Origin: Chrysomallon squamiferum
Lineage: Eukaryota; Animalia; Mollusca
Direction of reading: 5' to 3'
NCBI GenBank assembly: GCA_012295275.1
Contig: CM022667.1
Location: 1,674,001-1,738,000, forward strand
DNA: 64,000 nt
Shown: positions 1 to 14,812 of the stretch, piece after piece
How the letters are laid out: every line of letters starts with the position of its first letter
Numbering within the stretch: position 1 is the first letter of the stretch
Translations under genes and position numbers: made by a program
Notes under the pieces: generated by a model
What the model saw: only the letters and a program-made list of their open reading frames with translations
What the model was told of the DNA's origin: nothing
The model's database searches: none

Positions 1-626
1 ATTATTAAATTACTGCAGAATTATTTTTGGATGTTTACAGATATATCAGGTTAGTAATGTTCTGTTTTAACAGCTTTTGTTTGTTAATTTGTTTCAGAAT
101 CTAAAATATTTTTACTTTTGGCCCATAGAAAGCTCCATCTTGTGGATTCAGTTCCCATTTTTCACCAAATGCTTCTAGTTGCTGAAAAAAATAAAATAAT
201 AATACTGATACATATCATTATGTTGCAAAACATTACAACAATTTTAATCTTTAATACAAAAAGAAAAATACAGATATGCACCAAAAACATAAAAACATGT
301 AATTGCCAATCCACATTATTTAAAATATTATAAAACATAAATAAATGACCAGTATTTGTAGTATTTATTTCTAGTAGTAATAATTTAATTTGTAATGATA
401 AACTAATGCTATTTCTAACAATAATAATTTAATAAAACTTAGTTAACCTCAGGTTCTGGGTAATAATAATTAACCATGGTTAATAATCTTGATTATTTTT
501 TTTTTTTTGTTATTATTATTATTTTTTTTTTTTTTTTTAATGAAATCTGTGAAGTCTGGTTAAGAAGTAAATAAAAATTATTCAGCTATTTTTTTTATTT
601 TTTTTTTTTGTGACAAATAAATTTTG

Positions 627-712
<86 letters not shown>

Positions 713-1935
713 GTAAAATACAGCTATCTATAATTCCATATATAAGATATACAAAATAACCCAATATTTTACATTTAAAAAATAAACAAACAGTATATTC
801 TGTAACCTACTCACTTTCCTTCCAAACCCATGTCATGGTAAAATCCATTATCAACTGGTGGCCCATAACAAAGATGGCCTCCGTATTCTTTTTCCATGGC
901 TTCACCAAGAATGTGCACACTTGAGTGCCAGAATACATACTGCCCTGAAATATAACAATACATTTTGTTTTTTTTTTTTTTTTTTTTTTTAAATGACATC
1001 AGTTATTTGTGTAGATGTTTGTGTGAGAGAGTGCACACCTGTATGTGTGTAAAATATTAAAAACATATTTGCATAACCCCTTTTTAAATTATATTTTGGA
1101 TTTTTATGGATATATTTACTATAAGGAATATATAACTGAAATAAACTGATTGGTACAGTTATGAAGACTTTCTTTATTATTTATAAACAATTTAAGATTT
1201 CAAATAGCTTTTTGTAGTGTTCTAAGATTAAATAGTGTGTGGAAAATCCTGTGTAAAACAAGCCATGTATGAATCATAACATTACTTCTTGTTTTCATAA
1301 TAAAATAATCAGATACACACCTAAGAATGAGACAGCGTTAAATTAATTAAAACCTTTGATAAATTGAAAACAATAATTAGTAATTTCTTACATTATTAAA
1401 ATAAATACAGGAGAAAAAATAGAATATTTCAAATGAGGTCAGAAACACCTTGAATACATTATACAAGGAACTGATAAGATAACCAAACAGGAAAAAATTA
1501 AAAGTTAAAAAAAAAATTTACTTTGATCTGCCTCTGTTTATACTATGAAAAAAGTACATAAATGACAGCTAGCTTCTTATCTAAACATGTCAAAGCTTTT
1601 TTGTTTATTCCACTGGGTCAGCTTATGCAATATGTATGCAATATTGACAAGTATTGTTCAAGTATCTAAGCAGCAATAAGGAAAAGGAAAGTTGGCTACC
1701 ACTTTTATTGCAGTGAATCAACTATTTATATCCTAACTGAATATAATACATGAAAATTTAAAACTGTTGGAATATGCAACACTTATGACTTGTAACTAAA
1801 AAACATCTAAGGATGATGCAACAAATTAATTATCCACCTAAACTGACATCTAAGGAATAAATTGTATAAGCATTATGTTAGTTTTTATATTCATATTCAG
1901 CTTTGAGATATATATATATATACTATAATTGTCAG
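1..1935 (-). pseudogene. Inverted, internally deleted partial duplicate of the adjacent threonyl-tRNA synthetase gene (exon 4 copy 815-944, exon 14 copy 116-181, plus intron pieces); continues past the window start
   Basis: Reverse complement of 815-944 matches exon 8267-8396 (GQYVFWHSS[A>V][26 protein letters not shown][Y>H]DMGLEG) with AG/GT intact. 116-181 matches exon 14189-14266 with a 12-nt deletion. Intron matches: ~1-115 to 14267-14370, ~1140-1500 to 6020-6380, ~1570-1710 to 5710-5850, ~1790-1935 to 3955-4100. Confidence 0.85.
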
Positions 1936-2148
1936 CAGTTTAAGTAATTTAAGGTAATTTAATATTTGAAATATTCTGCTCATTCATGAAATCAAACAAG
2001 AGTGGACTTGTTTTATATATAAAGAAAAAAAAGAATAATAATAATTATAATAATAATAATAATGAAGAAGTTTTCACAGAAAGACCATGACCATGTTCCC
2101 CTAAGATAAATATCAACACAATATAATAATAATAATAATAATAATAAC

Positions 2149-2187
<39 letters not shown>

Positions 2188-3239
2188 TATAATAATTATA
2201 ATAATAATAATATAAATTTTAATATGGCTGAACAAGTAATTTGGATCAGATAACAATCATTACAGACTAAGGTAGATTCTAGTAAGTTGGATGTAGTTAG
2301 AAATTAAAGTTTTCATCAACAACTACCTACAAATACTGTTACGAACAACTCAAAAACAAATATTTTTAAATTTATTTTTCAATAATACACACACACATAT
2401 ATAACTAATTAAATTTGTACAACAGCTTTCTTAATATTAGTCTTATACTTAACTAATATATATTTATAATATTGCAATAATTAAAAATCCATTAAAATCT
2501 TTCCGGTATCTGCTCATGTCAGTGAAGTCTGCCTCTATGGTAAAAAAAAAAAAGGGAATTTTCCATCATTCCAAATAACAGTCAAATTATCAGGGTGCAG
2601 GGATAAAGGAATGGTAGACACATCTGACGAATTAAAAATTGAATTCACACTTAAAAGCACCAGCTATGAAAACAGATTATCATTATAGACCTTGCTGCAG
2701 TAACAATTCCAACACCAACACAAAATACAAACTTTGATTCAAACAAATAAACAGACACACAAATGTTTGATTAAATAAATTCAAAGTAACAATCACAATA
2801 ATAAACAAAACATCAAGCAAATACTTTAAATACAAAACAATTAATAAATAATTTAATTTACTTTCAGACTATAGGACCTAATACTAACCAGGTTATTGGA
2901 TCAGAAAACTGTATATAATAATGAAAATAAGTTAATTACTTTCTTATTTTTTTAGGTACACAATAAAACTTGTCATTTCAGGCTTGAAAAAGTGGAAATA
3001 AAAATTAAAACCGTAAACCTAGTATAGGTCAAATGAAAGTTTGTTGCCACTTGTAAATAGATTTCAACGCAACATGATTATTACCGTTGTTCTTGATGTT
3101 GTGTTCTTGTTGTTATCACTATTTTATTTGTTTGTTTATTTATTTATAATTTAATTTATCAAAATATTTAATATTTATTTTATACTTTTTTTTTTATTAT
3201 ATATATAATTTTTCTCCTCCCTTATTATTAAAATAACCA

Positions 3240-3668
3240 ACAACCCACCCCCGACCCCACCAGAACCAGCTCCTTACACTTCGATCTGCACGACACTCTT
3301 TTGCATCTTTCAAGTTGTAGGCGTTACGAGAACCCTTTATCTTTCCTTCCTAAACTCTTTTCTACGACAAGCACCCCAGCTTTGTCACTGTCAGAAAAGG
3401 GGCCTGTCGCAGACGTACGTCACAACAACATGATCATAACATGCTTTGATTAGCACGTTCATTTTTAGTCACTCCCTCCCCTCACAACTGTCGGGGACAT
3501 AATGGGCTTTGAAGTTTATTGTTAACATGAATATTCATAAAGTATTACTGGTATAAATATTCATTAGCAACTTTGCTTTCGTCACACTGGACTTGTTGTG
3601 ATTGTCATGCTCCGAAGAAATAGAATTGTGTAACGTCCGGCAAGGGAGAGTAGTCTATGAGAAGCAGC
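3240..3668. promoter_or_regulatory. CpG-richer promoter region of TARS, possibly bidirectional
   Basis: Local rise in GC and CpG just before the TARS ATG. A minus-strand donor-like GTAAGG lies at 3272-3277. Confidence 0.45.
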
Positions 3669-6600
3669 ATGGCGGATAACGTGGCTAAGGAAGTCGAAGC
3701 GATGAACATTTCTGAGAAGGCACGGCGTATATAATTATTTTGATTTCTTGACAATGTTTTCCAGGCTTACTTTTTTCCGGTTTGGGAAGAAGATAGGTCT
3801 CAACTATGTCAGATCCATGAGTATGGTGTGTTCTTGTTGTAGGTGCTGTGACTAATAACGTGTAACGAGTGTTAAGGCCTTTTCAGGCCACTTTATTGGT
3901 TTCGTGATACAGCGGATTATTTCGAATGTTAAATTATATTAAGTTATTTAAACTGCTGATATATATATATATAGTATATATCTCAAGGCTGAATATGAGT
4001 ATAACAACTAACATCATGCTTTTGTAATGTTATTTCAACGTCAGTTTACAGGGATAATTACTTTGTTGCATCATCCTTAGAAGATTTTTAGTTATGGGTT
4101 ATCAGCATTACGAACACATTTTTTCATATTTCATATTCAGTTATGAATTAAATTATTGTTGTACTGATACAGTAAATATTTTAATTAGGTTTTTTTTTTA
4201 ATACAAAAACAACAACGAAAAAACCACATCAATTTTGTATGTTTTTATGAACCATATATATATATATATATATATAAAAAAAGATATATATAGGTATGTG
4301 ACAAAAATCGTAAGTGCACAGCTGCACAATTGTTGTGACGCGTTTTTGCTTACCTTGAAGAAGGTTCCCTCATTTGCATTTCCGTTTCGTCATTATTTTT
4401 ACATAATTTCAAGAACAATATGTGTCATAACGTAATATACATATTCAGCTTCATCACAGTATTTGTTTTTTGACAAACAACGCAGAATCAACAGACAAAT
4501 TTACCAATTCAAAATGATTAATTGATTGTATGTCCAAGGTAAGCCAGCTTGAGACTTTAAAAATTATATACAAATTATGCATTTCAGCATAGTCTGCCAA
4601 ATTTCATTTAAATATTTATGGTTACAAGTGAAGATAGTTAGTTTGGATACCAAAATGTGTGGTGTTTACAGCTAATGATGCAGCCACAGTTGATGTCTTA
4701 CATGCTTGATCATTGATGTATTGTTTATTTTACTGAATGACTGAATATTTATGTGGCACAATGCAAGGAATATGTAGTATGATAATGATGCTTCTAATTC
4801 TAAACCTATCAAAAACTCTATGTTCAGATATAATTCATGAACATTGGTTTGATTTTTATGAAATGCTGTATCTGTATAATGAAGGCATACAGCAAATTTT
4901 AGAATCTTCTTGAATATATAAAGGTCTACAATTCATCAGTCTTGAAAAATTATCTTTAACTTTGCTTTAATTTGTATGGATTTTTTGAGAATCAAATAAG
5001 GTACATTTGATGTAATTGGTGGAATTAATTAATTAATTAAAAGTCATGAGTATTAGCAACTTGCTTAAGAATTCTGTACAGCTTTAGAACTCAATGAAAT
5101 CTTCATTTTGATATATAATAATGCATATTCATATTGGACTAAAACTGAGATATTCAGTGTTTATTTTGCAAAATGATAGAAATGAATTACATTTTATTCT
5201 GATAAAAATTCTTAACATTTTTCATATCAAAGCTATCAAAGAGATATTTGTGTCATTTTAATATGTGTTTTTTGCTTTTTCTAATGATATATAATATTTT
5301 TTTGAAAATTTTGTCACATACCTAATATTTATTTCTAATAAAATGTATTATTTTCATCATGTTGATATAAATATATATTTTTCTAATTATTACTGCAGAT
5401 ATGTCGAAGTGTACTTAACAGGCTTTTGCCTTCTAAATTGTCAAGCAGACATAAATACTGATCTGAATAAGAAGACCTTTCTTTCTTTTTTTTTTTTTGA
5501 TACATGATAGCATGCTATTGTAGTTAGTTTCAATAGATAAATGCTAGAAATTTAGCATAAATTTAAAGATATGACAACAAAATTGTAAAATACCTATATT
5601 AGGGGTGAACAAATTGCTTAATCTGTTTTCTGTTTGCCAGAATTTTGTGTTGTGTTGAAAATTATTTTGCTAATACTTGAAATTAAAATGCCATTCACTA
5701 TATTGAAAGTGGTGGGCTCTTAACAACATTCTTTCCTATTCATTATGGCTGAATAACTACTTGAACAATACTTGTCAGCATTGCACAAGTATTGCATAAG
5801 TTGACCCAGTAGAATTAACAAAAACTTTGACATTGTTGGATAAGAAGCTGTGATGTCTGTACTTGTTTTCATACTGTAAACAAAGACAGATCAACATTAA
5901 TCTTTTTAATTTTCTTGTTAATAATATGACATTAAATTTCTATTGCTTATGTCCGTTAGGAGGTTTTCAGCACAGTTTTTATTATCAGGGGAGATTAGAA
6001 GAAATGAAAAATTACTTTAATAATTTTTACCTTTTTTTTTTTGGTTATCTCATCAGTTCCTTGTATAATGTATTCAAGGCATTTCCCTCCCTATATGCGA
6101 TATTCATTTTTTATTTTTTTTTATTTTAATAATGTCAGAAATTAGTCATTATTATTTTCAATTTATCAAAGATTTTAATTAATTTAACACTATTCATTCT
6201 TAGCTGTTTTTCTAATTACTCTAATTTATCTAATTTATCTTATTAAGAAAAAATAAGTAATATTATGATTCATACATAGCTTGGTTTATTCAGGATTTTC
6301 TGCAAACCATCTAACCATAGAACTTACAAAATGCTGTTTGAAATCTTAAATAATAAACTCTTCATAACTGTATTAACTTATTTCAATCACATTCCTTATA
6401 CTTTTTTTTTTTTTTTTTTTTTATCAATGTTTTAAAACTGGATAAAACAATATATTTTAATGTCTTGTGCAAAAATCCTTACTCAGTTTGCTTTGTTTTG
6501 TTTTTACTTACATATATCGGTGTATCTGTAGTTATTAGAACTGGCTTTGGTTTATATATTATTTAATATATGGTTATAAATTACATTAATTAATTTTTAA

Positions 6601-9600
6601 TGGACAAAAAAGTTTTTTCGATCTTGAATTTTAAATTTTAAATGCTTTTAACAGTACTTAAAAAAAAAAACTGAGATAAAATTCTTCAGTTTTTCCTTAC
6701 TGCTTTTGGTAAATCAGTTTTCCAGTATTAAATTAATCTCAAATAAAACTTAGATATTAAAAAAACTAGCAAATGTTATTGTTTACACTTTCCAGTTTTT
6801 GGAAAAGTGGACATAAAAGGATCACTTGTTTTGATTCATAACAAAATTCTTAGAAAATACATAACCTGCTTCTTTCATCAGATCATCTTTTAGTTTAAGA
6901 CAACACATTTTTGATGCTCATTAAGGATTGACTTTAAGAAATAGTTATGTAGTACTTAAATATTGATTTCTTCGTTTAACAAAAAAAAAATTATTTCTAT
7001 ATATAATGAATATTTATTTATGCGCATGAAAACATTTAATTTAAAATCTTATTTCTGACCATATGTTTATATTATTAATACAGACCTCGAATAAGCCAAC
7101 CCCAGAGTTTATGGCACATCGAGAAGAGCTCTGGCAGAAGTTAAAAAAGGAGTATGATGATTGGGTAGCTGCCCAGCCTGTTCAGCCAATCAAAATTACA
7201 CTTCCAGATGGCAAAATTGTTGAAGCAAAATCATGGCGGACTACTCCTTATGAAGTAGCTAAAGGGATAAGGTAATTTAAAAAAAAGAGAAAAATTTGAC
7301 TCTAAAATTTATAAAATACATATTGTCATTATTATTATTATGCTAGCAAATTATTAATAATATATATTACAGAGAATATTTCAGTAAAAATTCAGTGATT
7401 TTTCAGCATGCCCACATTATCGCTTAGGTAATCATTATTAATAAGTATGAAATAGCTTAATAGGCGATTAGACTGAATTTTAATATATTCAGCTTTAATG
7501 CATTTTACTATTTATACATCTTTTATAATAAATATTTATGAAAATTAATAAAGTAATTAAAGAATTATTACCAAAAAAATTTAAATTAATATAATTTTTA
7601 TTTTAATTTTAAAAAAATGTTCTTCTCTTTTCAGTCAGGGTCTGGCCGACAATACTGTGATCGCAAAGGTGAATGGTGAATTGTGGGATCTGGACAGACC
7701 TTTTGAGGGTGATGCAGAATGTAAATTCCTCAAATTCAATGATTCAGATGGTAATGAAAATATTTCTAGCAAAAACTAAGCATCGTTTTAGATTATTGCT
7801 TCTAAAAGTTATTTTTTACATTTAAATTTAAACACAGGAAAATAAAATAAATTTATTGAAACATCCTTTTTGTAATTTTATTTTAGTCTACTGCATCTAA
7901 AGGTTAATTTTAAAATTAAAGTTAAATATGGAAGATTATAATTAAATCCGTCGAAAAATATTTGATAAAAATAATTAAATAAAACTAAATTAAATTAATT
8001 TTTAGTGTTCCAAGTGAGTAAATGAATTTGAAGTGTTATTTATGGCTTTTCTTTGTTTCAAAAACCTTCTAATTTCTCCTTTTTCTGTTTTAATACGAGG
8101 TAAAATATTATGTCCTTTTCTTTAACTAATATGATCACCAATCATGTGGTTACATTTATCTGAATATTTTACACATATACAGGCATGTGCTCACATGCAC
8201 ACACACACACATATATGTCATTTTTGAAAACAATAAATAAATAACAAAATGTATTGTTATTTTCAGGGCAGTATGTATTCTGGCACTCAAGTGCACACAT
8301 TCTTGGTGAAGCCATGGAAAAAGAATACGGAGGCCATCTTTGTTACGGGCCACCAGTTGATAATGGATTTTACTATGACATGGGTTTGGAAGGAAAGTGA
8401 GTAGGTTACAGAATACACTCTTTATTTATTTTTTAAATGTAAAATATTGGGTTATTTTGTATATCTTGCATATGGAATTGCATAGAACTGTATTTTATGT
8501 GTGTATGTATATATATATGTGTGTGTGTGTATATTATTTTTTGTGTGTGTGTGTGTGTAAAACTTTGTTTTAATAATCAAATGAAACGGAATATATTTTA
8601 TAAATTCATTTGATTTAAATTATATTTGATGGTGCAATTAATAAATGATTTCACACTGGTTTGCCAGCATTAACACTAATCCAAATTGTGCACAGTTTCA
8701 GCTTTTTATTTAGTGTTTTGATATTTACTGCTGTCTGCCACTGTATTCAAATATCAGGTTATATATATATATGAAACTGTTAGTTTCATAATTTACCTCT
8801 TTCATTTTTTCCAGGCAAATTTCAAGCAATGAACTGCCCAAGATTGAGAGCATTTGTAAAAGTATTGTGAAAGAGAAACAACCGTTTGAAAGACTGGAAC
8901 TGAAGAAGGAAGATCTGCTCAAAATGTTTGAGGTATTAAAGTTAATATTACACTCATCAAGTGCAGCTATAATACAGGATTTCAGAAACTGGGGTATATA
9001 TCATCAGCTTTTAACATGAAATAAGTTTTGTTATAAAGAAACAAGTTAGAAAACATTAATGGGAGGATAGTGGATAATTATCCTATTGTAAAGGGGGAGG
9101 ATATAATGTAAACATTCACTTGTAAGATGCATGGTTCTTGTTATATATCCACTTAGATCTGCTTGTGAACTCTGTGGTTTAGATTGAAATTTAATATGTA
9201 TTGGTATGTATTTCATTATTAATTGAAACTTGATTTTAAAAAAAGAAAGAAATAGAAAAAAGCTTAAATGATAAAAATATAAAGTATGCAGAATATATTA
9301 ATTTTCATATTATAACTTACATGTTTTGTTTTCAGTACAACAAATTCAAAGTGAGAATTCTGAAGGAAAAAGTCACCTCTGATACCACCACTGTATACAA
9401 GTAATTTTTTTTTTTTTTTTTTGAAATTTATTATTTAATATTCTTTTATTTGTTAATTTTCAAACTAGATAATTTTAATCTTTGTTATTTATTTATATTT
9501 ATTATTTTTGAATGGTGATTCGAATTTATTTGTTATTATTCACTTGGATTATAAATTTAGATATGAAATTAATTTTTATTTTTTTTGGTTTCTTTGACTG

Positions 9601-12363
9601 TGTCCATCATAAAACATTGGATTAAAATAAAAAATAAATATATATGTGTGTAGTTTCAAATTTGATTCTTAATTTTTTATAATGCTGGTACGTGAATTGA
9701 TTTTAGAATAGATGTATATTTCTTGCCCTTTAAACAAAAAATAGAAGCCACTTAATTGTCAAACAGTTAATTTTTTTTGTGACTTTTATTAATCTTAGAA
9801 GAACATTAATTATGTTAATTTGTTGCATTTTAAGTTGGAAGTTGTGTTGACTTGGTAACTGATTAATGTCATGACTGACACTGTGTGTGTTGTGTTGTAG
9901 ATGTGGGTCTCTGATAGATCTGTGTAGAGGTCCTCATGTACGACACACTGGAAAAGTGAAGGCTCTCGCTGTCACCAAGGTAATGTTACATTAATGTCAC
10001 TCTTTGACATTTTCAGCAATTGTAGAGCCAGGATTTTTTTGATTTTTTTTAGCTAGTTATGTAGCTATTTTAATCGTTTATGTATAAAAAAATGTTTCAG
10101 TCTGTTTCAAAAATATTGAAGTAAAATAATTTCTAAAATTTTTAAATAATGATAAAATAATAATTGTTTACAGAGTTAATAAAAGTTACAGACATGAATC
10201 ATGAATTTCTAAAAAATTGTTATAAATATAGTGATAAATATTTTTGTATATCAAATCCAGAATGTTCCAAATTAAAAGCTATATTTTGTAAACTCGGTTC
10301 AGATGTAGACTCTGTTGAACAAAATACAAATTTTATTAACATAGATGTAGACTCTGTTGAACAAAATACAAAATGTTTATTTACATAGATTTTGTGTATT
10401 TGAATATTCTGCAAAGCTAGACATTAATTTAGCATTTGTTTTTATTATAATTTTTTTAATTATTTTCAGTCATGTCTGCACTGCACTGATAACTCAGAAA
10501 ATTTGTTTTGTTATATTTAGAACTCATCCACCTACTGGGAAGGAAATTCTGAAGCAGAATCCTTGCAGAGGGTCTACGGTATTTCATTCCCTGATGCAAA
10601 ACAGCTCAAAGAATGGAAACATTTCCAGGAAGAAGCTGCAAAAAGGGATCATAGAAAAATTGGAAAGGTTAGAATATGATTTTGTGTAAAAATGTACACG
10701 TAATCTGTATAGTTTGGAAGCTTTAAATTATAAAAACTAGCCAGATTTCTGTCATTAAATATCTCAAGTTCACTAAAGTATTGTTGATCATAATCTGTAA
10801 TGTTTTGAATTTGTAAATTTCAGTGAAACTCTGACAGTTATAATTGTGTATGCTGAGAATAATATGTAGTTTTAAGTATTGTATATAATTTTGGATGTTA
10901 TATTTAATTTTGAAAACAATATTTAATTCTGAATGTTATATTTAATTATGAATTTTATGTTTAATTCTGGGCATTATATTTAATTTTGACTACTTAATTC
11001 TGATTATCATAGTAATTCTAAAAATACTGTACTGTTTTGAATAACAGTTTATTTAGAATATTGTATTTAATTCCAAAAATTGCAATTCTGAATGTAATAT
11101 TTAATTTTAAATAATAATTTTGACTGTTATATTTAACTGTTTCTTTGTGCCTACTTGTAGGAGCAGGAGCTGTTTTTCTTTCATGAGTTGAGTCCTGGCA
11201 GCTGTTTCTTTTTACCCAAAGGAGCACACATCTACAACAAACTGATTGACTTTATTCGGGTAGGTCTTTACACTGTACACACACACACAAACAACTTACA
11301 CACACAAAAAAATACATTTTACATTTTTCATTGTTGTTTTTTTAAATTTCTTATGAACATCATTAAAATAGAGAACTGAATCTAACCCAAAACAAACAGC
11401 TAAAAGAAAAGATATTTATTCACTAAAATTAACCACATATCTGATCTGTTTGTCTGTCTGTCTTTCAGTTTGTCTACTGTTCTCTCTAATTATCTATCTA
11501 TCTATCAGTCTTCCACCTATCTGCAAGTGTGTGTGAGCACATGTGTGTGTAATTTTTGTTGTCATTTGTATGTAATTTTTTTAGAAATGAAAGTATTTTT
11601 GTCTTGTTTTAGGAACTCTACTGGAAGTTAGGTTTCCAGGAAGTTGTCTCTCCAAACATCTACAACAGCAAACTGTGGGAAGTGTCTGGGCACTGGCAAC
11701 ATTACGCTGTATGTTTTATACAATTCATTTTATCAAATAAATCTTGTGCTTTTAATTAAAATAAATAATACTAATAATATTAATGCTACTATAAAAAAAG
11801 ATAGTAATAATAAAAAATTTGAAAAAAATAATTTTGATTTACTTCTTAACCAGATTACCAAAAAAATTAAAAATTAAAAAAGCACCCCACCACTTTTGCT
11901 TTAGTTTTGATTATTAAATATTATCACACCCATCCACAAAGCACCTGGTTAATTAAGTTTATTAAACTATTATGGTAAGAAATAACATAATTGATTTTAA
12001 ACATTAACCAAATATTACTTGAATAAATAACAGATTATTAAGTTTCACTCATTACCATTATTTTACATATTTAATTGTTACTGTATGTTTAAAAAAAAAA
12101 AGCATTAATTTTATTTTATTTGTTAATTTATTGTGATGAAGTATTATCTTAAAACAACATCTAAATAAACTCTTTGTGTGTAATGAAATGAAATGAAATA
12201 AAATAAAATAAAATAAGAAAGTCTTAATATCACTAAGTGATTCATTTTTTAATTTATATATATATATTTTTTTTTAATTTCTTTATGTAGGAAAATATGT
12301 TTAAGTTTGATGTTGAGAAGGAAACTTTTGCTCTGAAGCCCATGAACTGTCCAGGTCACTGGT

Positions 12364-12408
<45 letters not shown>

Positions 12409-13144
12409 AATTCTCTTTGTCAAAACACTGAAAACAAATATCAGATGAAATGTTACAGTCTGGGTGAAATGATAATTTTGAAAGAAGGGAAAATTTCTCT
12501 ATCCAGCCATTCTCATGAGCCTGTTACTTTGTTGTCCTACTTTATTGTTGTCAAAGATTGGTAACCAGTGACATCAGTTATTAGTAGATACAAAAAAAAA
12601 AAACAAATACTGTGAAAATGTAGTGTTTTTTTTAATTTATTTCAAAGAGTTTATTTATTTATTTATTTATTTACTTATGTAATGTTATTTATTTATTATT
12701 TATTTATTTATTATTATGATTTAATATTATTTATTATTCAATTTTGGCATTTGTAAATTTAAAAAAAAAAAAAAAATTATTATTTATTTATTTATTTATT
12801 TATTTACTTATTTTATTTATTTATTTACAGTCTCATGTTTGACCACAGATACCGGTCATGGAGAGAGTTACCTCTGCGACTGGCAGATTTTGGTGTTCTA
12901 CATCGTAACGAGCTGTCCGGAGCTTTGTCTGGGCTGACCAGGGTCCGGCGATTCCAGCAGGACGATGCACACATATTCTGTAGACCAGACCAGGTACAGA
13001 GATCGTAATCACGTCAAAATTAATATGTGTGTTATTTGTGTTCATATGTTTATTTATACGTTCCTACACATAAAATTAACTCCAGGCACTAAAGAATATG
13101 TGTGTGTGTTTGTGTAGTTGTTTGTGAGTGATTATTTTTGCGTG

Positions 13145-13185
<41 letters not shown>

Positions 13186-14754
13186 TACATGGAATAATGT
13201 AGCTGGAACAAACATAAAATTTGAGATTAAGACATATATACATACTGAATGTTTATATCATTTATGAGTAAAGTAAATATACTGAATAATCATATATCTG
13301 CTGCCATTAGACATTTTTCATCTTCTTTTTAAATATCTTTTGTCTTGGTACAGATATCTTCATTTACTGGACTCTTTAAATATCTTTTATTTCAATACTG
13401 TCTGTTGGTACATTCATTTACATCACTTTTTGTAAACTTTGTGCTATAGCTCTTGAACATATTGAAACAAACAACACATTAATCTCTTTCCTTTTACGTG
13501 TTATTTTAATTTTCTAAGTTAAATTTAAATACTGAACTAAGTGTGAGGGCTTTCAGATTTTGTGATTAATCCAGAATGTTTTGTGTTGCGCAGATCAAAC
13601 AGGAGATAGCTGGTTGTTTGGATTTTCTTCGAGTCGTCTACGGAATTTTTGGTTTCACCTTTCAACTGAAACTCTCCACTCGGCCAGAGAAATACCTCGG
13701 TGAAATAGAGATGTGGAATGACGCAGAAAAGGTGAAAAAAAGGAACATTTAAACATTTCTATTTTTTTTTTTATCTCATTTTTATTTTATTCCAGTTAAT
13801 TTGATATGAGAGAATTGAGGTGAATTAAAGCAAATGAAGAATGGATGTGAATAAAATTGTACAGTTCGATGCAAATGTAATTACAGTTATATAGGAGTCT
13901 GTAATATGGTTATTTATCGATGTATCTTTTCTTGTTTAGTATTTTCTGGTTTTATTAATTGATGTGTAATGCTTAATAGTCATAAAGTTTGTTAAATATT
14001 TCGACATTTATTTATATTTTATAACGTAAATAATGTGGATAAGCAATGTGTTTGCGTTTGCAGTGTGTATCTGTATTTTTGTATGTGTGTGTGTGTGTTT
14101 GTGTGTGTATTAAAGATTAATGTTATTATAATGTTTTGTAACATAATGATATGTAACAGTATTATTATTATTTTTTTTTTTTTTTCAGCAACTAGAAGAC
14201 AGTCTGGATGCATTTGGTGAAAAATGGGAACTGAATCCTCAAGATGGAGCTTTCTATGGGCCTAAAGTAAAAATATTTGATATTCTGAAACAAATTAACA
14301 AACAAAAGCTTTTAAAACAGAACATTACTAACATATATCTGTAAACATCCAAAAATAATACTGTACTAATATAACATCAGTATAATATGAAATTTTAAAA
14401 TAAAATGTAATAGTCTTCAGTAAATGCTATAAATTTATGTTTGCTTTTAGATTTTTTAATTTTTTTTTATTTTGGTTTTTTTTTATGGTCAGTGTCTTTA
14501 TTAAAAAATTACTAAATTTTAATGTTGTTATTTTATTTTGGTTTTTGTAGATTGATATCACAATTCATGATGCACTACGCAGACCACATCAGTGTGCAAC
14601 CATCCAGCTTGATTTCCAACTACCACTACGTTTTAAACTGGGATATGTCAAGTAGGTTTTTTATCATTATAATCATGGTATTATTTATTATTATTATTAT
14701 TATTATTAATTATTATTACAGTTATTTAAACTATTATGTTTATTATTATTATCT

Positions 14755-14812
<58 letters not shown>

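Noticed and set aside
3607-3633. Upstream ATG (MLRRNRIV*) as an N-terminal targeting extension of TARS
   Set aside because: Out of frame with the main ATG and stops after 8 codons; at most a uORF.
5399-5461. Acceptor followed by [20 protein letters not shown], resembling a mitochondrial presequence that could follow the MSK exon
   Set aside because: It ends in an in-frame TGA with no convincing donor before it, so it cannot join exon 2 as the sequence stands.
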